In this document: positions 11,092-24,481 of the stretch, piece after piece
Position numbering within the stretch: position 1 is the first letter of the stretch
How the letters are laid out: each line of letters starts with the position of its first letter
Assembly: GCF_964355755.1 (NCBI RefSeq)
Contig: NC_092673.1
Span: forward strand, 1,178,001-1,242,000
Direction: 5' to 3'
Source of the DNA: Antedon mediterranea
Lineage: Eukaryota; Animalia; Echinodermata
Length of the DNA stretch: 64,000 bases
Notes under the pieces: model-generated
What the model saw: only the letters and a program-made list of their open reading frames with translations
Database searches by the model: none
Told to the model about the DNA's origin: nothing
Program-made: the position numbers and the translations under genes

Positions 11092-12858
11092 TTAATCAAT
11101 ATATGTTTTTAGAAGAGTAGCATTTAATAAAAAAGTAATTATGCCCATCTGTATAAATAATATTAAAAATGGAAGTAAACATTTTTTTCATTTTTGAATA
11201 CCTGTACGTCTAATTCTGAATATCGTAAAATGGCTTTCGACCCGATTTGAAGTCAACCCGATAGCTGCAAGAAGAACGGAATTTTCCACCGTGACACCGG
11301 TTACTACAGTGAAAATCCCACGGTAGCTCGAGTTCACGCTGTTGCGTTTCACCGGTACTTAAAGATACCATACCTGCTATGTTATTTACAAAATTAATTT
11401 GGTCCGAGAACAATGATATCTGGTCGGTACGGTTTTGGACATTATAAAGTAAGTTTTGAAGTTGGTAATTAAACATGACCATTAACCACACTTTGCCACT
11501 GCGGTCCTATTTACCGATTATCGGTACTGTATCTACTTCAGTATCAGGAATATTTGGTAATACAACATCATGATACAGGCACCACAAACATGTGATGCTG
11601 TATTAGCAAATATTCCTATGATACTTCGGAAATAGATGTTATGTGGAGATACAGCATTGGGAATCGGGTATTCAAGAACAATGTATGCCTACGTTTGATT
11701 TTTGTTAGCATCGAAATATCCCTATAATACCGTGACGTCTAACCCCTTTCTTTTAACAAATTACAATGTAAAGTGAACTTTGTATGTGTTATAGGGTAAT
11801 AAATATATAACTGTCAATGCCTAGGCCCCCGCATTGCAACATGACAACTAAATGCTGCACGTAAGCAAGGCATTCTTTTCTAGATAAAGTATGTTTACCT
11901 TGCTAATACCTGCACATAATTTCACAGGACTTTGAATATAATGAAAGATCAACTATTGAGGGGGGGGGGGGGGATTGTCTGTGACGTCAAAAATTGGCCT
12001 ATATAAAAAAATGCACGATTCGTTAAAACAGCGATCGAACAAATGAGCTCCACAAAACACATTTTCGCTTTTAACAAATTGTTTTTATTGATTTTTATTT
12101 TCACGCCTGTAAAGCTAGAAAATTAGCTATCAAACGGTTTAATTTGTAAGAACTACTTTAATAAAGTTAAGAATTATTGAAAATGTTCACATGCGTGCAT
12201 GCGTGTGTGCGCAGTGCAGTGTCGCTTTAAATGCTGACATGGAGGAATCCAGATTCAGACGCATTGGTCGAATGAGGTTTTGAAATTAGCTGCCTTATCC
12301 TTAAAATATATAGTGAATATGTGAGTTTATATCGAATCGATTCGAATTGTGGAACTTGTCATCAGAATAGATATCGCACCAAATGCATCTTGTTCATTCA
12401 TGCATGAAATGCATTACTTTATGGATACCAGAGCTATATTTAGTCTGATTGGGCTCAACATTTTACCAGAGGGGGTTCTGTACTTATCATGGCTCTGTTC
12501 GTACTCTTGTCAGTGCGCCCCCTATTTTTAAAACAATGTTGGATCGTCAAACATTGTTGACGCCACCTATCAATATTCTATTCTGTACCAAAGAATTAAT
12601 TTTTATGAAGTTTAATATAAATGTAGTTTCTTGTATCCTTTATTGTAGCCTATAATTAATTCTATAATAATTTTTCACGCTTCTTAGAATATAATAGTTT
12701 CTTTTATTGATGGTTAAATGCAAAATAATGTTAATGAATGAAAGTTAATTGACAAACGAAGAGGTAAGAAATCGGGTAATAAGCGGGTCTTCCAATATTT
12801 AATAATATAGGCCTACGGGCCTATCTTACATTTTAAATGGTATTTTCCCTAACAAACT

Positions 12859-13041
12859 ATAGTAGGCATCAAAATGTCTTGCTAAGCACTTTAATAGTCC
12901 ATATAGTAGGCATCAAAATGTCTTGCTAAGCACTTTAATAGTCCATATAGTAGGCATCAAAATGTCTTGCTAAGCACTTTAATAGTCCATATAGTAAGGC
13001 ATCAAAATGTCTTGCTAAGCACTTTAATAAATAGTCCATAG
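12859..13041. repeat. 44-bp tandem repeat x4
   Basis: ATAGTAGGCATCAAAATGTCTTGCTAAGCACTTTAATAGTCCAT starting at 12859, 12903, 12947 and 12991. Confidence 0.95.
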
Positions 13042-13936
13042 GTATTTGTCAAAGTGAGGATCTTTCATTAAAATCCGGGTTCTAGTGATTAAAACTAAAT
13101 AGACTAATTCAAAACACATATTAGGCCTATGATAAAACGTAAATCCACATCCCTAAAAAGATAGAGAAAAATTATTTACGATACGATTCTTTGTGATTGC
13201 GTGTTAAGAACCAAATAAAGACACTAGTAATATTCAATGAGAAGTTACAACCACACCCAGGGGATGTTTATTTGACTAGCCCCGGGGGACAGACGAGTTA
13301 GATCTCTAATTTGTATTGGTTCACTTAATATTGTAAGTGTTAAAAGTTCGCACGTTTAGCTCAAACTTAATGTGATCTAATAGTAAGATTTATGTACGTT
13401 GTCAAGCGGTAACGACGAATCGTAAAATACTAAGATAGGCTTTGTATGATTTTCACTATTATATTCATTATAGGCCTACATACAATAAGAATCAGTGGTT
13501 TTTTGTTCAATTTTTTTGGCGTTGCGCGTACGTACGACAGCCTCGTAGCCTGTGACTGGTCAAACGAATTGCGTTTCGCATCGTGTTTCCGTCCGTAATT
13601 ATGTCAAAGTGGACAAAAAACCCACTAAATTCATTTGTGGTTGTTTGAACTTATTTTATTAACCTAAATACGGACACGATCAAGCGGTAATTTTAGACAG
13701 CAGCCGACACAATTTAAGGGGTGCAGTTCTCTTTCCCCAGAGGGCGTACCGGTAACCTATCGTTGACCCAAGCATGTGTTTACAAGTCATGTGACGACGA
13801 GTCTGCTTTTGGTTTTATACAATTTTGACTTTATTATATCCGTACCTGGTTACCACCATAGTTTATAAAACTCGTCGGCCATGATGGCCTGCTATTACAA
13901 TACATAACATTATATAATGCTCGATAGTATCATTTA

Positions 13937-14035
13937 AGCTCTGTCTACACTATCAAACTAGTGATACGACATCATCATGTCCATATATGGGCACACTTTT
14001 TTGTCAAACTAGTTTGATAGTGTATAGACAGGGCT
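13937..14035. mobile_element. MITE family A copy (internally deleted)
   Basis: AGCTCTGTCTACACTATCAAACT ... AGTTTGATAGTGTATAGACAGGGCT. Confidence 0.85.
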
Positions 14036-14626
14036 TAGTTAATGACACACAGCTGTTTAATACTTACAATATAGGCCTACTTTAGTCTGCCGCACCTACA
14101 TTAATTTACATGAATGTAAATTATATTTAAGTATTGAGCATGATACCTCACGTTTCTACAAAAACAGTTGATAATCGATTCCGCAGGGGTATACAATCTG
14201 ACATAACATCATAAACAATTGTATATATGTCATGATGACGTGTATACTTACATCACTCGTATTTATACACCCTCTTAACTTTAAAAATAAACAATGTTTT
14301 CCAGCAAGGAGTAGAGTGTTACCGTACTAAAAGGTGAACTAACTCTGGATTTTGGCAGAGAAAAACCTATGGGGAGATTAGAAAGTGAAACGCGATTTTA
14401 ACATGAATTCATTACTATGTAATAATACTCATATTAATCAATCGAATTTGTCGACAAGAAAGAAAAACCTGCAATATACATTTCTATACCAAATACTCAA
14501 AATAAGAGTATATGGAATACATTTTAAAGTAGGCTAAATAATGTACTTCGAATGATCAATCCAATTTAATATATAGGCTTATTATTGTTCAACTTTCACC
14601 TTCTAAGAAAAAGTTCCTGAAGATAT

Positions 14627-14687
14627 TGATTATAATTAGCAGTAACTGATTATAATTAGCAGTAACTGATTATAATTAGCAGTAATT
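14627..14687. repeat. 20-bp tandem repeat x3 (TGATTATAATTAGCAGTAAC)
   Basis: Direct repetition. Confidence 0.9.
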
Positions 14688-17600
14688 GTAAAACAGTTTA
14701 ACTTTTTCAGGACCTTTATGACTGTGATTTGGCATCTACAATACTATTGGTCAAGTGTTTGATACATGCACGTGACCATAGCGCGTAATAGAAGTCAGTG
14801 GAGGTAACATTTTTAATGTGCAAGGCGGAACTTCCTTTTGAATATGTTCTTTATGATTTATGATATATGGCGGTTATCATAATAATAAAACTGTACATTT
14901 ATTATAGTTGAGACATTCCTTGATTTGTTTATTGTTTATTTTTCTATTCGATTGGACGGAGATGGGAGATGGGTTCAATTTAATTTTTTGGGAATTAATT
15001 TTTGCGATAATAATAATAATGTATTTGAACCGTAACTTTTAATTGGCCAATCACAAGCGATGGATTATTATAACTCCTGTAACGTTTAAGTCCTTGCGTT
15101 ACGTTCTAGTAGGAACCAAGCTTAATGGGATATCAGTGGTCCTTACTGAAATGCACTCTCGCAAAATTACATTCGAACATTTAAAATTGGTATCCTAACA
15201 TAGTTAATGTCTAGACATAGTCGTAGGTCAATAGGTCACGGTGGCTGCTGGTTAATCGTTCTATTATTATCCATTACCTGAATAAATTTAATAACTTTTT
15301 TAACCTAAAAAAAATGCCAACCTTTTGAAATTATGGTATGAAGGAAAAGGTTAAGGAAAACATGATGTGTAAACGTAACAATATTATTAGGCCCGATTAT
15401 AAAGCGAGACGCAACGCAAGGACGTAGACGCAACGCAAGCGAGTTGACAAATAGGGTTTTGTCTTTTGTGAGGGAGCAATGCCTTCTCACGTCACGTTCG
15501 TAAAGTGCCATTTTTTTTTCCAATACGAGGACTGTATGTATCCATTAATACACAGTGCGACTTTTCTTGAAGCAATTTCAAACTGTAGATTTCATGAGCG
15601 AAGCAACATTATGGTAGGCCTACATGTTGACTTTGTACTCGACTTTGACAAAAATACTAAGTTTGGTTAAAATAAACTTTGATGGGAAAGACATTTACCG
15701 TGTAGTATTTAAACCTACTCCTGGGAAGTTGAATTTATGGAAGTTTCTATCTGATTAACCCTTTTCATTAAAAGAGTACCGCTGCTGCAATGGGAATATG
15801 CCCTGCCCCAGAATTTAACCAGGTTAAGGTCTCAACTCTTGCGCATGGCCGATTTACCGCAACAAATGTCATTAAAATATTCTTCCGCATTCCTCCACCA
15901 CCGGATGACCATCTTATCTTTTTTAGTTAAAATCAAACTATTACTGGCTGGTGAGATCATTTTTGAATTTTATGTATCGATCGATTTACACAGTAATTAA
16001 ATTATTAGGTAATTAAAATATTTGACCACCCTTTGTTTCGGGTTGTAGTTCTCTCATTCTCATATATCATAAAAAAATAAATAAATCGAAATTACATATT
16101 TTGAATACTAGACCTACGTTATAAAGTGTATGTTATATTATAATCAATTTTAATTTTTGATACTAGGCCTAGATTAACAAATAAAATCAAAATTATTATA
16201 CAGTACATATACAGAAAAAAAGATTGATAAACAATTCAACAATAAGACGCGTACGGAGAAAAGATTTCTGCAGTACCAACAATTTCCGTCGGACAACAAA
16301 CAATATTAATAAAGTGCAAGGACTCAATTGTCATGTTTCTATTTACTAAAACGATTTGTTAGTCGCAATTGGTGCATAATAATGGTGTTATAACAATATG
16401 GTTCTTTGACAGGAGATAAATCGTTTAAGCGTAGGCTCTATAGATTGTTTGTTGTCGCTATAGTAAGAAGAAGAAGTCAGAGGTATAATAAAAAGTTTTA
16501 AGAAGAAAGCGAACAAAAGCTTACGGGGGTACAGTTAGTTCTTGATGGATCTATCTGTTTACAGCGGCAAACAATGAGTTGAAGCAGAGTATCAACGTAA
16601 TGATCCGAGTTACATTATCTCGGTGAGTAAATGGCCTCCATCATCATCCCCAGAAAGTAAAATACAATAATTAAAAAACGGATGGAATTATCAAACAAGT
16701 TGACAATGGTTGGATATTGATTACAAGTGAGAATTGAATCTGTTACGAGGAATCAAGTAAGCTCCATAACATAATATTCAGTCTAAACAAAAACCTTACA
16801 GGTTCAGTCTCACTTTTTAACAGCCATAAAGAAAAAATCAGAAAAACTTTATTGATTTACTGCTCGAAGTATTTTACTTTGGAAAAAAACAAGTCATAAA
16901 CAGAGGAATAATTGTTTTTCTTGTCCAAAACGGTTTATTGGACAAATGTCATTTTTAACCCCATAATAAATGTTTTGGTTGTGGTTAAACTGGTGTCTAT
17001 TAAACGTATGATAAATGAAAACTTTTGACATCTGTTGGGTAAATCCGGGTTGAGAATAGTGCTCGCCTTTCACCGACAAGGCACAGAAAGACATCGCGTT
17101 CAATCCTCGCAAGTAGCGCGGGACCAAAACGAAACAAAAATGACAAACCAAATTTAGGACAAGATATCTTAGTGGATTTGTGAGAATGTCTCCCAGTGTG
17201 TGTTGGTACATTCCGTGGTTATGGTTCGTTGGTCCTATCGACAGGAGCCGGATTCACCCCACCTTTGTATAGGAGATCAATGGACGATCTCGTGGCCATC
17301 ACTTCAACATTCATTTACACAAAAAAAAGTTCGTTACATACAAGATGTATGTTTACGATACAATATATGTTAACGATTTATCAAAGCGTTCACTCCACGA
17401 ACAGCACGCATCGTTTAAACAAAAAACAAAAGGCAGTATAGAAATTCTTTCTCAACAAGAAATATTTTAGGTTAAAATTTAATGCTATAGAATCATCATA
17501 AACAAACACATCTATTGTTATCCTTATAAACCCCTATAAATTGTTTTCCAGTTTATAATTTGTTTCGTACAGTATAATGACTACAAATAACAATTACGTA

Positions 17601-17734
17601 TCATAATATTTACGTTATTCACACAAAAACAAAACCACACACACAATATTGTTTATCAAACGCGTTATAACTAACAGAAGGTATTACAAAATAAATATAT
17701 TCTTTATAAATAATTTTTTTTTAAATAAGTTGTT

Positions 17735-18523
17735 TTAGTGAAACATTGAAATGGCTTCTTCTTCGTCTATCATAGGGAGTGATTGTTCTGAATTGTCTGA
17801 TGTGTCCAAACTTTCCTTAGGCCTAGACGTTTGTGTTTTTGTTTCAGTAGTCTGCCTTGCAGTTTCAACTTCTGTTAACCATTTCATAATTCTGTTTTTT
17901 GTTTTTCCGTCTAAATATTCTTCGTTCAATTGTCTTTTTCCTGGAGTAATTTGTGTAACATCTTCATTTTGTGCTAAACTTATTTGTTTCGATCCCTGAT
18001 TGACGACGTTTGACCCGTTGTTATGTTTAGTAGTACGGCTGGTTTTAGGCCGAACTCTTTTAGAGCACTCACTAGGCCTACTGTTGGTTAGAGTAGACCT
18101 AGAAAACGTAGCAGAGTTTTCTCTATAATTGTTAGCACTGTCTGTAGCTCGGAGTCTGTGATTTTCCTCTCTTATAGGTTTAATAGCAGTACAAGATAGT
18201 GTTTTCTTCAATTTGGGTCGTTCACACGGACGCTGTGCGTCTTTCAAACTCGAACCTTTAGCACGTGTGAATGCATGCTTAGGTGTTGGTGTAGCAATTC
18301 TTGTTGGTTCTACTATTGGCTTAATCCGATCTTTTGGATTCAATTTAGGTTCAGTAATGTATCCACCTTTTGGCCGGATTAGGACCTCGACAGTGATCGG
18401 CTGTGTCGTGTTCTTGTCGTGTACACTGTTGTTGCTATTTCTTTTAATGTTTCGCCGATATGTATCTTTTCCCTCTGTAATTGGTGGTAAGTTGGTCCGC
18501 TCTGCCCAAAATAACGCCGTCAT
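17735..18523 (-). CDS. Single-coding-exon disordered basic protein with KWLxEVE motif and two LxxIxE motifs
   Basis: 262-aa ORF with an acceptor at 18541-18550 (TCTTTTTCAG on minus) just upstream of the ATG. Candidate 5'UTR exon donor at about 19796-19800 (GGTAAG), CCAAT at about 19965. Confidence 0.7.
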   Translation of the reverse strand: MTALFWAERTNLPPITEGKDTYRRNIKRNSNNSVHDKNTTQPITVEVLIRPKGGYITEPKLNPKDRIKPIVEPTRIATPTPKHAFTRAKGSSLKDAQRPCERPKLKKTLSCTAIKPIREENHRLRATDSANNYRENSATFSRSTLTNSRPSECSKRVRPKTSRTTKHNNGSNVVNQGSKQISLAQNEDVTQITPGKRQLNEEYLDGKTKNRIMKWLTEVETARQTTETKTQTSRPKESLDTSDNSEQSLPMIDEEEAISMFH

Positions 18524-21500
18524 TTCATTTATATTTTTATCTGAAAAAGACGTATATTAATTATTCATAAATACTAGGCCTAGTTAGAGAAAACTTGGAC
18601 GCAACGTAATGGTGCATGCGCAACGCAAGAGAATTGACAAATCACTATTCGCACTAGTTCGGATGATCCATCGTGTCGCGATTGGTTAAATTACTTGCGT
18701 TGCGCTTACGTCCTTTACGGTTGGTCATAATTAGAATCATGCTTTATCATTTTTACATTTGAAAACCACAAGCAAAAATATACTTATTATACTAAATGTA
18801 TTGAACATTATAATAGTGTACAGCCAGTACAAAGTTTAAGCATGTACTAACATGTTGCGTCACTTTCCAACATTCTAACACGTCGGCCGTGTCAGCATTC
18901 AACATACTTTAAAAAAAGATGATTTATGTTTATGTAACCCTAACGAACTTTATGTGTATAATATGAAATAAGTAGTGCCAGGCCTTACGTCGAAAATTAA
19001 CTGAAATTATAAACTTGTTGATGACAGATAGCAATAATTTAAAAAGTGTTTAGGGGGAATTGACGATACCGACAATAAAGCCCATACAGAAACACGCATT
19101 TTAAATGACACTTAGTTTATAATAACAGTGTATTGTGTTGGTAGATTTACGTGTTCCAAGAAATAAGTAGTTGTGGCAAAAAGCATGTAAATCTTTCAAT
19201 GTTACTTGGCTTACGTGTTTCTACATTAAAATTCTTTGGCGAACAAAGGATAACACCTCCATAGGCCTAAACTAATCTGATAAAGCAAACTATAATACAG
19301 TATACAGTATCGTTATTATTGCAGAGGACAAGTTTTTTCGTTGATTACCGTATATTATATTTATATAATGTCTCAATTTTGATGATACTGAAAATGTCAG
19401 ATTTGACATATCCTTTAATTTATACATTTTCCTGTGAGACCTATTCCAATTTCCTATCAACAGTAAAATTAAAATTTAATATTCAATGTTAATCTTTGCA
19501 ATAACTTAATAATATAATATTTCAGAGAATGCATCTCCAATACTCTACTTTTATAACAATAAAAATGTTTTGTTCACTTCTGAACTTTCAATTGAATAAC
19601 CCTTTTCGAGGATATTCCGAAAAATCTTTATTTAAAATTATTATCATTAGGCATATTTTACAGTAAATCTATATCAATAATACTAGGCCTAATTTATGTC
19701 AAGCTCGCTATTAGGCCTACTACAGTTTTTGAAATCATGAACTTGATAATTATTTGATTAATTATTGTTAATAAAACATTAATGTAAATGCATTCTTACC
19801 GTGTAATATACCTCTAACCATGATTATGTGCGCTTGTTAAAACCGGCTAAGTTCCAATATCGACTCTCTCACATCAGCAACATGTTATCGTAAAGGTAGA
19901 TTCACATAGAATAATCGACAATTTCACAATCTTCTACGTTTTAAAGCCTGGAATCTTCCAACAGCCAATCACAGTGCGCCGTTTAAAGTTACATAACAGT
20001 GACCGTACTTTCTCATTGTATGATTCTAGCTCCTTCGTGATGATCGGAACTCGCCGCCGTCTCTATAGGCTTACGTGCCACTTCTTGGGTACATCCTGGA
20101 ACTTTATATCCCCCACACGATGGTCACAATGGCTTGAAATACACGTTTTATTACCGAGCACGAAATACAGTTAACGGAAGGCTGGTTGTTCTATTGTTGT
20201 TATAATTGTAATTGTCTGTACAAATAAAGACGTCCTGATGTAAGCCTATACGACCGACAATACATCTACACTACTATTTAAAGAATAAAGTTTCGTCAAC
20301 AAAATGAATTCAGTTACGCCACAAAAAAGAGTCGCGTTATCAATATTCGTACGCGGCGCACGCACGATACCTTGCAGATCAAAAGGCGTAACACTTGGGC
20401 GCAATCGACCAGTGTCATCCAGATACCATAGCTTGAGGATATGCGTTATCAGTTCCGTGTGTAGGCCTATATATCACCATCAAATCGAAAAACATGATAG
20501 GCCTAATCAGTTTTTTAAGAGTTTTTTTTTAAGCGTAAATTAAATGGCTTCAACTTTTAGCAGTAATTTATTAATAAGAAAGAGTTTTTTCGAGCACGTG
20601 CATTTTTCCAAATTAAATGATGATGATGGTATTCATGCTATTAATAGTACCATGACCATTAAATGTTATGACCCTGTTCGATCCTCCCAGGTCAGATTAT
20701 TTCTTGGGGGATGGATGGAATGGATTCTTGGAAATCTACCTGGATCATAAAAGAAACGAAAAGTATTACCATATACCATTTCACTTTGAAGCTCTCAAAT
20801 CGAAGTGAAAAGAACAAAAATAAGAATTGAGGAGATGTATAACAAACGACTCTATTCACTCTTTTCGTACAGTATGCCTAGAGGAATAAATGTAGTCGTC
20901 GTAGGCCTATCTAATATTAATAAACGGATATTTCATTATGCCTCACATAAACTGAATTTTAATTAAATCTGAAATATACCAAAAGATAATTAGCCAGCAG
21001 ACATCGTGATTTAAAATTTACGTTCAGACAGGGTTAATATAATAATATTCTACTGGTTTTCTTACCGGTCCTTAAACCATAAATCGTGTTTATATGACAA
21101 CGAGTGACCGAAATATCATGCGAGACGCACGTGCTATTGTTTGAACACGTACCAACAGGGTCAAATATATTTGGTATAATATTAAGTCTGATAATATAAT
21201 TATGATTTAACGATAGAAAAACCTTTAAACATTTTCCATTAAAACCTATAATTAACTCAAAGCATAATCTTGCACATGATTCTCAGTCAATTACCGGTGC
21301 AGAGACCGGACGCAGTCCGTCCAATGTTAAAAAAAATATCATTGAGAAAAAAAAAATTACATGAAAAAACTGTAATTTAAAGCACAAAAAAAATAGTCAA
21401 ATTGGCTGCTAGCCAATGGGTTTTTTGACTGAATAACCGTCTATTTTGCCATAATATAAGTGAAAATTATTTTTCGGGTTTTTTTTTTCTACGGAAGTAA

Positions 21501-23366
21501 TAACTTTGTTAAAACTACAAAATGGCCTATTCAAAGTCTGATCTTCATTTTTCAATTTTTTGGGGCACAATACATCTTTGTACAGACATTTTACGGAATC
21601 AGAATAACAAAAGAATAAAAAACGGTAGGCCTATATGGCCGGCCCTCTTGCGTGGTGTGGCAAAATTATCAAATACTCCATGTTTGCACCACACAAAGCA
21701 TTCCAAACCCGTAAGTACCATAGTAGATGAATGGTCATTACCGCTAACACAATGTTCTCGTGTGTATGCCAGTATCGAATTACTGTCCAGTCACCCTGTT
21801 CTGTATTTACTCTCCAGTCTCGCGAGAACATCTTATACAATATTGTCATATTATTAGAATAACGATGTTATTACTTAATGAATAGATAAATAATCGCGTC
21901 ATGCATCAATAAATAAAACGCATCATCATTGTATTATATCTAATTCTTAATGTTTAGTAAAATACTTGAAGAGGTCAGTGACATTCAAGTTTGCGCAATG
22001 CTTTTTTAGTTTTTTTTAAAGTGATTACAAAATACAAAGTATATGCCTACTGTACACATTTAATACAATATTTAATTTGTAACCGCGCGGTTTGAAAGTT
22101 TGGTTTATGCACATGCGTAGTTAGTCATATTCCATCTACCTTTTACCAAAGCGGCGCTTTTTACGATATGAACAAATTCGCAGCCAATCAGAGCTCGGGA
22201 ATATCCGATTTGCGCCCGAACAGATTCGTCTAAAGGAAAATAAGCTTTAGGGCACAAGTTCTTGAGAATCGAACATTATAGAATAAAAATAATTGAAAAG
22301 ATAAATGAACAGAAATTTAAAATGATCCCGTCATTCATTTCCTGTCATCAATAATTAGTAATAGTTAAAACCGCTTTTAGTCTGAATGTGCGTGCTGGTT
22401 ATTCAGTTGTTCGCTACTACTAATATTTACCTAGCACCCTATCCGAGTCCCATATGTATACAAAACAAATAACAGTTGTTATATTAAATACAGTGAATGA
22501 GATATCCTTTAACAATATCCGTGACGTAATCAATACGTGGAAATATTTCACTACCGTTTATCAAATACTAAATCAATGCCTTCATTTGACCTGCTAGGTC
22601 AATGACATTAATTAGTTGACATTAATTACGCAAGGTTTTGTAATGATTTTAACATAAAATTGGTCAGTTCTTAAGGTTACGCATCTGTCTCTCCATTTGA
22701 TAGACTACAAATACTAGCAGGTACTATTACGGTAGGATCACTGTATCTGTATCCGTAGCAAACACCATCTCTGGTTATCGCGTACGACGTTGGTTGGGTG
22801 TCATGTGGAAAAATATTAATTTAGGACACAGTTCTAATTATTCATCTTCGCGTTTTCAAAGCTTAAAAGTGTGTAATTAAGCGCACAATCGCCTTTACTG
22901 AAGGTTGATGCTGAGACAACCTACATGTTTTCTTTTAATCATTGCGAATAATGCTATTACATCGTGGAAGAACATTCAATGAAATGTTAAATGGTGTATT
23001 ATTCACACAATAATAACTTTAAACTATCTCTCCAGCAACCTAGATTTATTTTCGGTGAGAAATTATCGATGTTTTCCTATAGTGTTTTCTTTTAATTACA
23101 ACGGTATGCTATAACAACGCCTTTGCTAATTTAATAACTAGGCCTATATAACAACAATGGGCCAGTTGCGTGTACAACCTACTTGGCACTAGTTTTCAGT
23201 AACGAAAATCAATAATAAAATTATAATAGCCTACAACTTCTTCCATTGAAAATTAAACAAAATCCGGACGAGACGGCATCACCGCACCAACCATGTCTTT
23301 ACTGACGTCATCATAGAATAGCAAATCATGATATTGATTAATACAGCAAAACATTTAGCTACAATT

Positions 23367-24041
23367 TTAAATAAGTAACGAAAAGTTTTCGTTTACGAGG
23401 CCACCATCATCAATAGTATCATCCTCTTTAGTAAATCCATATTTATTATAAAAACCCATCCCTTTTATATTGCCCTTATTTGTACACGCTATAATTTTTT
23501 TATATCCGTATTTGTAACAAAAATCTCGAGCGGAATTAAAAAGAAGTTTTCCAACACCACGACGCTGATACTGTCTATAAACACGCATGCGCACGAGTTC
23601 ACCTGTGCGTCTGTCGGGAGTATTGACGACGGCGATAGTTCCAATCATATTACCGTCAAAGATGGCTACTTTGAAACAACATCCCTCTCGTCGTACGAAA
23701 TGAGTTGTGATGTCAGCCATTCTGGTTGCCAACTCTCTCTGGCGGTACCTGTACCGCAGAAAAGTGATCTCTCCAAAACGGATACAGTAACACGTTACAA
23801 ACGCAATGCAACTGTAATATAAAGATACTGTCGTATACAGCGTGAAAAGGCATATTACAAACGTGATTCGAGTCATAAATACTGCAGTATTGAGAAATGA
23901 ATAATTTGCAGTGAAAAAAAGAAGTGAAAAATCATAAGCTTCGTCGAGAAAGAGTCGAACAGCTTGTGCATTCTCGTCAGGTTTGAGATCGCGGACACAG
24001 ATCTCCTGCCTGATAAATTTCTTTGTAATTCCGTCAGCCAT
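23367..24041 (-). CDS. NAT8/camello-like GNAT-family N-acetyltransferase with hydrophobic (membrane) segment
   Basis: GNAT motif A ELVRMRVYRQYQRRGVGKLL, strand CFKVAIFDGNMIGTIAV, motif B NIKGMGFYNKYGF. The hydrophobic stretch at about aa 40-90 is typical of the NAT8/NAT8L/camello subfamily. Acceptor-like TTTTTTATAG at about 24114-24123. Confidence 0.85.
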   Translation of the reverse strand: MADGITKKFIRQEICVRDLKPDENAQAVRLFLDEAYDFSLLFFTANYSFLNTAVFMTRITFVICLFTLYTTVSLYYSCIAFVTCYCIRFGEITFLRYRYRQRELATRMADITTHFVRREGCCFKVAIFDGNMIGTIAVVNTPDRRTGELVRMRVYRQYQRRGVGKLLFNSARDFCYKYGYKKIIACTNKGNIKGMGFYNKYGFTKEDDTIDDGGLVNENFSLLI

Positions 24042-24267
24042 ATTAAGCTGTGACGTGTAAAGTAAAAGTTAAACGCATTCAACTTTGTGGTAAGAAGTCC
24101 AAAGACGACAAAACTATAAAAAAAATAATAATACGAAAAAACAAGTCATGAGTAAATTTAAGTTATATTTCTTTATTGAAGGTTACAATATTATTATGTC
24201 ACACATTTTGATTTAAAAACTGTTGTTATGTTGATGTTTTGTTGGGGAATACACACATATAATATAA

Positions 24268-24481
24268 TATCGCTTTTTGATGATGAACAACTCTAAAATG
24301 TATATAGGAAATGTTTTATTTTTATTTTGTATCTATTATGTTGTGTTTATTGTTTTATGTTTTTTATGTAAAAGGGTCCTGCGAAAACAGAAGTGTAAAC
24401 TTCTCTATGCAGGATCCTTGCCATCATTTATGCTATGAAACTGTATTTATAAACGATGAGTAAATAAATGTGAATTGAATG
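24268..24481 (+). mobile_element. 5'-truncated non-LTR retrotransposon 3' end (copy 1)
   Basis: Near-identical to 32401-32613. Contains a stem-loop AGGGTCCTGC...GCAGGATCCT, AATAAA and a (TGAAT)n tail typical of CR1/L2-type LINE ends. Confidence 0.65.
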
